The notes under the pieces were generated by a model. It was not told the DNA's origin. It ran no database searches and was given only the letters and a program-made list of their open reading frames with translations. The position numbers and the translations under genes were made by a program. This document shows, piece by piece, positions 61,237-64,000 of a DNA stretch of 64,000 nucleotides. Position 1 is the stretch's first letter. Each line of letters begins with the position of its first letter. Source of the DNA: Candidatus Omnitrophota bacterium (GTDB lineage: Bacteria; Omnitrophota; Gorgyraeia; B26-G9); assembly GCA_043814605.1 (NCBI GenBank), contig JBDRJV010000028.1:7790-71789 (forward strand), in the 5' to 3' direction.

Positions 61237-61324
61237 GGAAGGATGGCAGAGTGGACGAATGCGGCGGTCTCGAAAACCGTTGTACCACAAGGTACCGCAG
61301 GTTCGAATCCTGCTCCTTCCGCCA
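61237..61324 (+). tRNA. tRNA-Ser (anticodon CGA)
   Basis: GGAAGGA/TCCTTCC acceptor, GCGGT-CT-CGA-AA-ACCGT, long variable arm, GTTCGAATC, GCCA. Confidence 0.97.
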
Positions 61325-61520
61325 AAAAACAAGTCCCCTTGGACAAAAACCAAGGGGATCTTTTTTTATTGTGATCGGGAAGGGTTCGAAGCAAGCGAAC
61401 GCCGACCTTCTGGGAGGAGGAGCGGACAGGATGTTGAGCGAAAGTGAGTGAAGGCGAGCCTACGCAGGGAAAACAGGAAGTTTGACTGTAGTAGGCGAAT
61501 CCTGCTCCTTCCGCCAAAAA
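61304..61520 (+). mobile_element. tRNA-linked 192-bp unit bounded by a 25-bp duplication of the tRNA 3' end
   Basis: CGAATCCTGCTCCTTCCGCCAAAAA at 61304-61328 and 61496-61520. Confidence 0.7.
61333..61367 (+). terminator. Intrinsic terminator after tRNA-Ser(CGA)
   Basis: TCCCCTTGG-loop-CCAAGGGGA followed by TCTTTTTTT. Confidence 0.75.
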
Positions 61521-61523
61521 TTT

Positions 61524-61553
61524 AAACCCCCTTTTATAGGGGGTTTTTGTTTT
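61524..61553. terminator. Intrinsic (possibly bidirectional) terminator
   Basis: AAACCCCCT-TTTAT-AGGGGGTTT followed by TTGTTTT. Confidence 0.75.
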
Positions 61554-61605
61554 AAGGGTAGCGACACGACGGTTCGTCTGCCCTCGCGGTTTGATTTGTT
61601 TTAAG

Positions 61606-63753
61606 CTAAATAAAATGGTCGCTGTCCCTATTTACCCAAAAACTTTCTAAATTAAGATTATCCTGAAGGTTCAAAAAATACATATAAAGAAACAAATCTC
61701 TTAATTCTTTTAAAGAAAAAGTATATACTAAATCATAAATTTCTTCTTTGTTTTTGCTTGTTTTTGTAGTCACATATGATAATATTCGCGCCAGTGATGT
61801 ATGGTCAAGAGTCTGTCGGCCTTTTCTGCGCCCAGATATTTCTATTTTTTCAATCCAGCTCATTTTATCCCAATCATAAAAAGTAATTTTTTTATCTTCA
61901 AAATATTCTGTATCAATAAATTGGAACAAATGTAAATATTCCGGACCTTTTTCAATAGCAATTTTAATGAATTTAGGCAGCTGATTCCAAACTTCATCTC
62001 TTTCCAATGTTTGTTTAGTGGGGATCCATTTTTTGTAATCCGGTAAAGGGTTGCCTGCTTTTTTAAACATTTTATTTTTATCTCGATTGATTTGTTTTTT
62101 GAGCTGGGAATCACTGTACAGGTCTGTACTTGCGCCAAACATGGAATAAAATCTAAAATTATTGTTGTACCGATCAATAAGCCCCAGAGCTTGTTTTATT
62201 AATTTAAATTCATAACCGGCTTTAAGCATAAGGACAATCCCATATTCTAAATTTCTATCTTCTTTAGATTGTCTATCTTTCTTTTTTATTTTTTTTCGCG
62301 GCATAGCTTTAGGCCCGCGATGTTGTCTGCCGTATTCGGCTGCATCTAATGATTTTTTTAGTTCAAGACGTTGCGCGCGTTTAAGTTTTTCTTTATCCTG
62401 AACGCTTAGGGCATAGTCGGGCAAAGATATTGTTATATTAGTTGTGATCTGGCTCCCCTGAGGAGAAGGGAGCGGGTTTGTTCTCTCGGAATGATCGTCA
62501 TTAACCTGTTGCCAGTAGTGTTGTTCTTCTTCGATTAGGTTACGCCCCAGACCGTTTATGCTTAAAAGTTGATCGATCTCTGCTGTAGAAACGGGCACTC
62601 CTGCTTCAAAACGAGATATTATGTTTTTTGCTGTGTTAGATGTTCCCTCATATTTCCCATATTCTGAAGAATGAAATTTTCTAAATTGTGCTTTAAAGTA
62701 GAAAAAATAAAAACTCCGCAATGCCAAATGATGCGTTATGCTTTGCTTGGGGATTGAAAATCCCGAAATGTCCGGAGTGTTTATTAATAAAATTTCTAAC
62801 TCTTTCATTAGGCAATATAGACTTGTTCCTTTTCCCACAGAATCCTTAAGGTGTTTAGGATAAAACCCTGCTCCACAGTCTATCTCTATTATTGGGTAAT
62901 GTGTGTGGTCGGCAAATGCGTGAAAGATCCCGGAATCATTTAAAAAATAGCGGCTTTTGTTAAGTTGGTTTTTATTTGCAGGGAGGAAATATTCTGCGGT
63001 TATTCCATTGCTGATGTTAAATCCTTGTCGGGTTTTTCTGATTGCCCCGCAGGCAAAATAAAACAATAGTTGTTCGTAAGGAGTTAAATTTTTGCTTATT
63101 TGCTCAAATTCTTTCAGCCGATCTAAAGCTTTCGTTTGCAGAGCTGTATGATTTAAATTTCTGAAGGCGCTGTCCGTATTTTTAAGTATAAATAACTCAT
63201 AAGGAGTTAACTTTTGCTGTAAGAGCTCAAGTTCTGTTAATCTGGCGGATTTTATGGTCGCGGAGTTATGCAGCAGTGGAATAAGTTTATTTTCAATCAC
63301 ATCGGCTAAGGCATTCGTCGTGTTTTGGAGCATTGTCTGCCTCAAAAACCAGGCCCATTGCACATCAATATTGTCACTGCTTTCCTTGCCAACTTTTGTT
63401 TCTGCTTCTTCAAGATAGGCATCAAATAATCTATGGGCTAATTGCAGTTGGTAGGAGAGAGCGGAGTTATCCATTTTCATAAGTTCAGAGTGAAAACTGT
63501 TGATCTGCTCTTGAAGGAGATGTTTTTGCTCAAGTTGGGTTATTATTTGGCGTTGCCGGCTGTCTAAGCTGCCAGAAGAAGCACGAATATCTCCGGGATT
63601 AGCTGCGTCAATAAATGCCTGTTGTAGTGATCTCGTGGGCATACTTATGTGCGGGGATAGAGTGGTGGTTATTTCGGCAAAGGATATAGTAACCCCTAAT
63701 AGCGCTTGAAAAAGCATCATAATAATCAGAAATATATTGGTCTTGCGTTCCAT
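61606..63753 (-). CDS. Large hypothetical exported protein
   Basis: Long open frame; likely start ATG 63753 (MERKTNIFLIIMMLFQALLGVTISFA signal peptide). No family recognised. Confidence 0.7.
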   Translation of the reverse strand: MERKTNIFLIIMMLFQALLGVTISFAEITTTLSPHISMPTRSLQQAFIDAANPGDIRASSGSLDSRQRQIITQLEQKHLLQEQINSFHSELMKMDNSALSYQLQLAHRLFDAYLEEAETKVGKESSDNIDVQWAWFLRQTMLQNTTNALADVIENKLIPLLHNSATIKSARLTELELLQQKLTPYELFILKNTDSAFRNLNHTALQTKALDRLKEFEQISKNLTPYEQLLFYFACGAIRKTRQGFNISNGITAEYFLPANKNQLNKSRYFLNDSGIFHAFADHTHYPIIEIDCGAGFYPKHLKDSVGKGTSLYCLMKELEILLINTPDISGFSIPKQSITHHLALRSFYFFYFKAQFRKFHSSEYGKYEGTSNTAKNIISRFEAGVPVSTAEIDQLLSINGLGRNLIEEEQHYWQQVNDDHSERTNPLPSPQGSQITTNITISLPDYALSVQDKEKLKRAQRLELKKSLDAAEYGRQHRGPKAMPRKKIKKKDRQSKEDRNLEYGIVLMLKAGYEFKLIKQALGLIDRYNNNFRFYSMFGASTDLYSDSQLKKQINRDKNKMFKKAGNPLPDYKKWIPTKQTLERDEVWNQLPKFIKIAIEKGPEYLHLFQFIDTEYFEDKKITFYDWDKMSWIEKIEISGRRKGRQTLDHTSLARILSYVTTKTSKNKEEIYDLVYTFSLKELRDLFLYMYFLNLQDNLNLESFWVNRDSDHFI

Positions 63754-63840
63754 AATTTTTGTATTTAATTTATGGTTATAAAAAGTATTAAAGTATAGCA
63801 TATTCTTTTGAGTTTTGCTATTTCCACAGGATGAAATTTT

Positions 63841-63972
63841 TGTGCCCAAACCGTGCCCATCCAGGGTGAATATATCGTATAAACTTGTAAAATCTTGTAT
63901 AAAATTGTATAAACACTAATTCATTGATAATAAAATAGTTAAGTTGTAACTTGATGTATTGGAGAGAGTTAA
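63841..63972. repeat. Integrase arm-site / Xis-site-like direct repeats
   Basis: TGTGCCCA and CGTGCCCA (63841, 63852); four 10-bp-period repeats TCGTATAAAC TTGTAAAATC TTGTATAAAA TTGTATAAAC (63875-63914); TAAYT...AGTTA inverted motifs. Confidence 0.55.
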
Positions 63973-64000
63973 GTAAAACACCCAGATACAATCCTTCACT

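Noticed and set aside
61200-61517. ORFs of 105, 72 and 62 aa over the tRNA-Ser(CGA) region
   Set aside because: They are translations of the tRNA and its duplicated end.

Overview
AT-rich bacterial chromosomal window spanning the replication origin. Genes left of ~38.3 kb are mostly on the minus strand and the dnaA-serS block is on the plus strand. The core origin cluster is parB-parA-(HAMP gene)-mnmG-jag fragment-yidC-yidD-rnpA-rpmH / dnaA-oriC-dnaN-dciA-gyrB-gyrA, with two perfect parS sites. Left of it are type II secretion/pilus genes (secretin, GspC-like, ExeA), an extended MoxR-DUF58-BatA-E operon, an OmpR-type two-component pair, a MarR-TolC-RND efflux operon, two type IV pilins, secA, lnt and ndk. 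Right of it are rtcB, serS, a HEAT/HD-GYP pair, two tRNA-Ser genes flanking a porin plus Ni/Co ECF transporter, an endonuclease IV, and a large orphan exported protein. Gene content and protein styles suggest a diderm PVC-group organism, possibly Ca. Omnitrophota (inference, not verified). No CRISPR array, rRNA, intact transposase or integrase was seen. The most unusual signals are non-coding. (1) Intergenic elements built from degenerate 7-nt repeats in inverted arms recur; one encloses a four-helix-bundle (Avd/23S-IVP-like) gene and others are empty. (2) The 3' end of rtcB is triplicated, and the last copy is synonymously recoded. (3) A YezD/DUF2292 mini-gene plus a bulged hairpin sits under a NikR-type operator. 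(4) A 192-bp unit duplicates the tRNA-Ser 3' end. (5) Integrase-arm-like repeats lie at the window end. All calls come from reading the sequence; no searches or folding programs were run.
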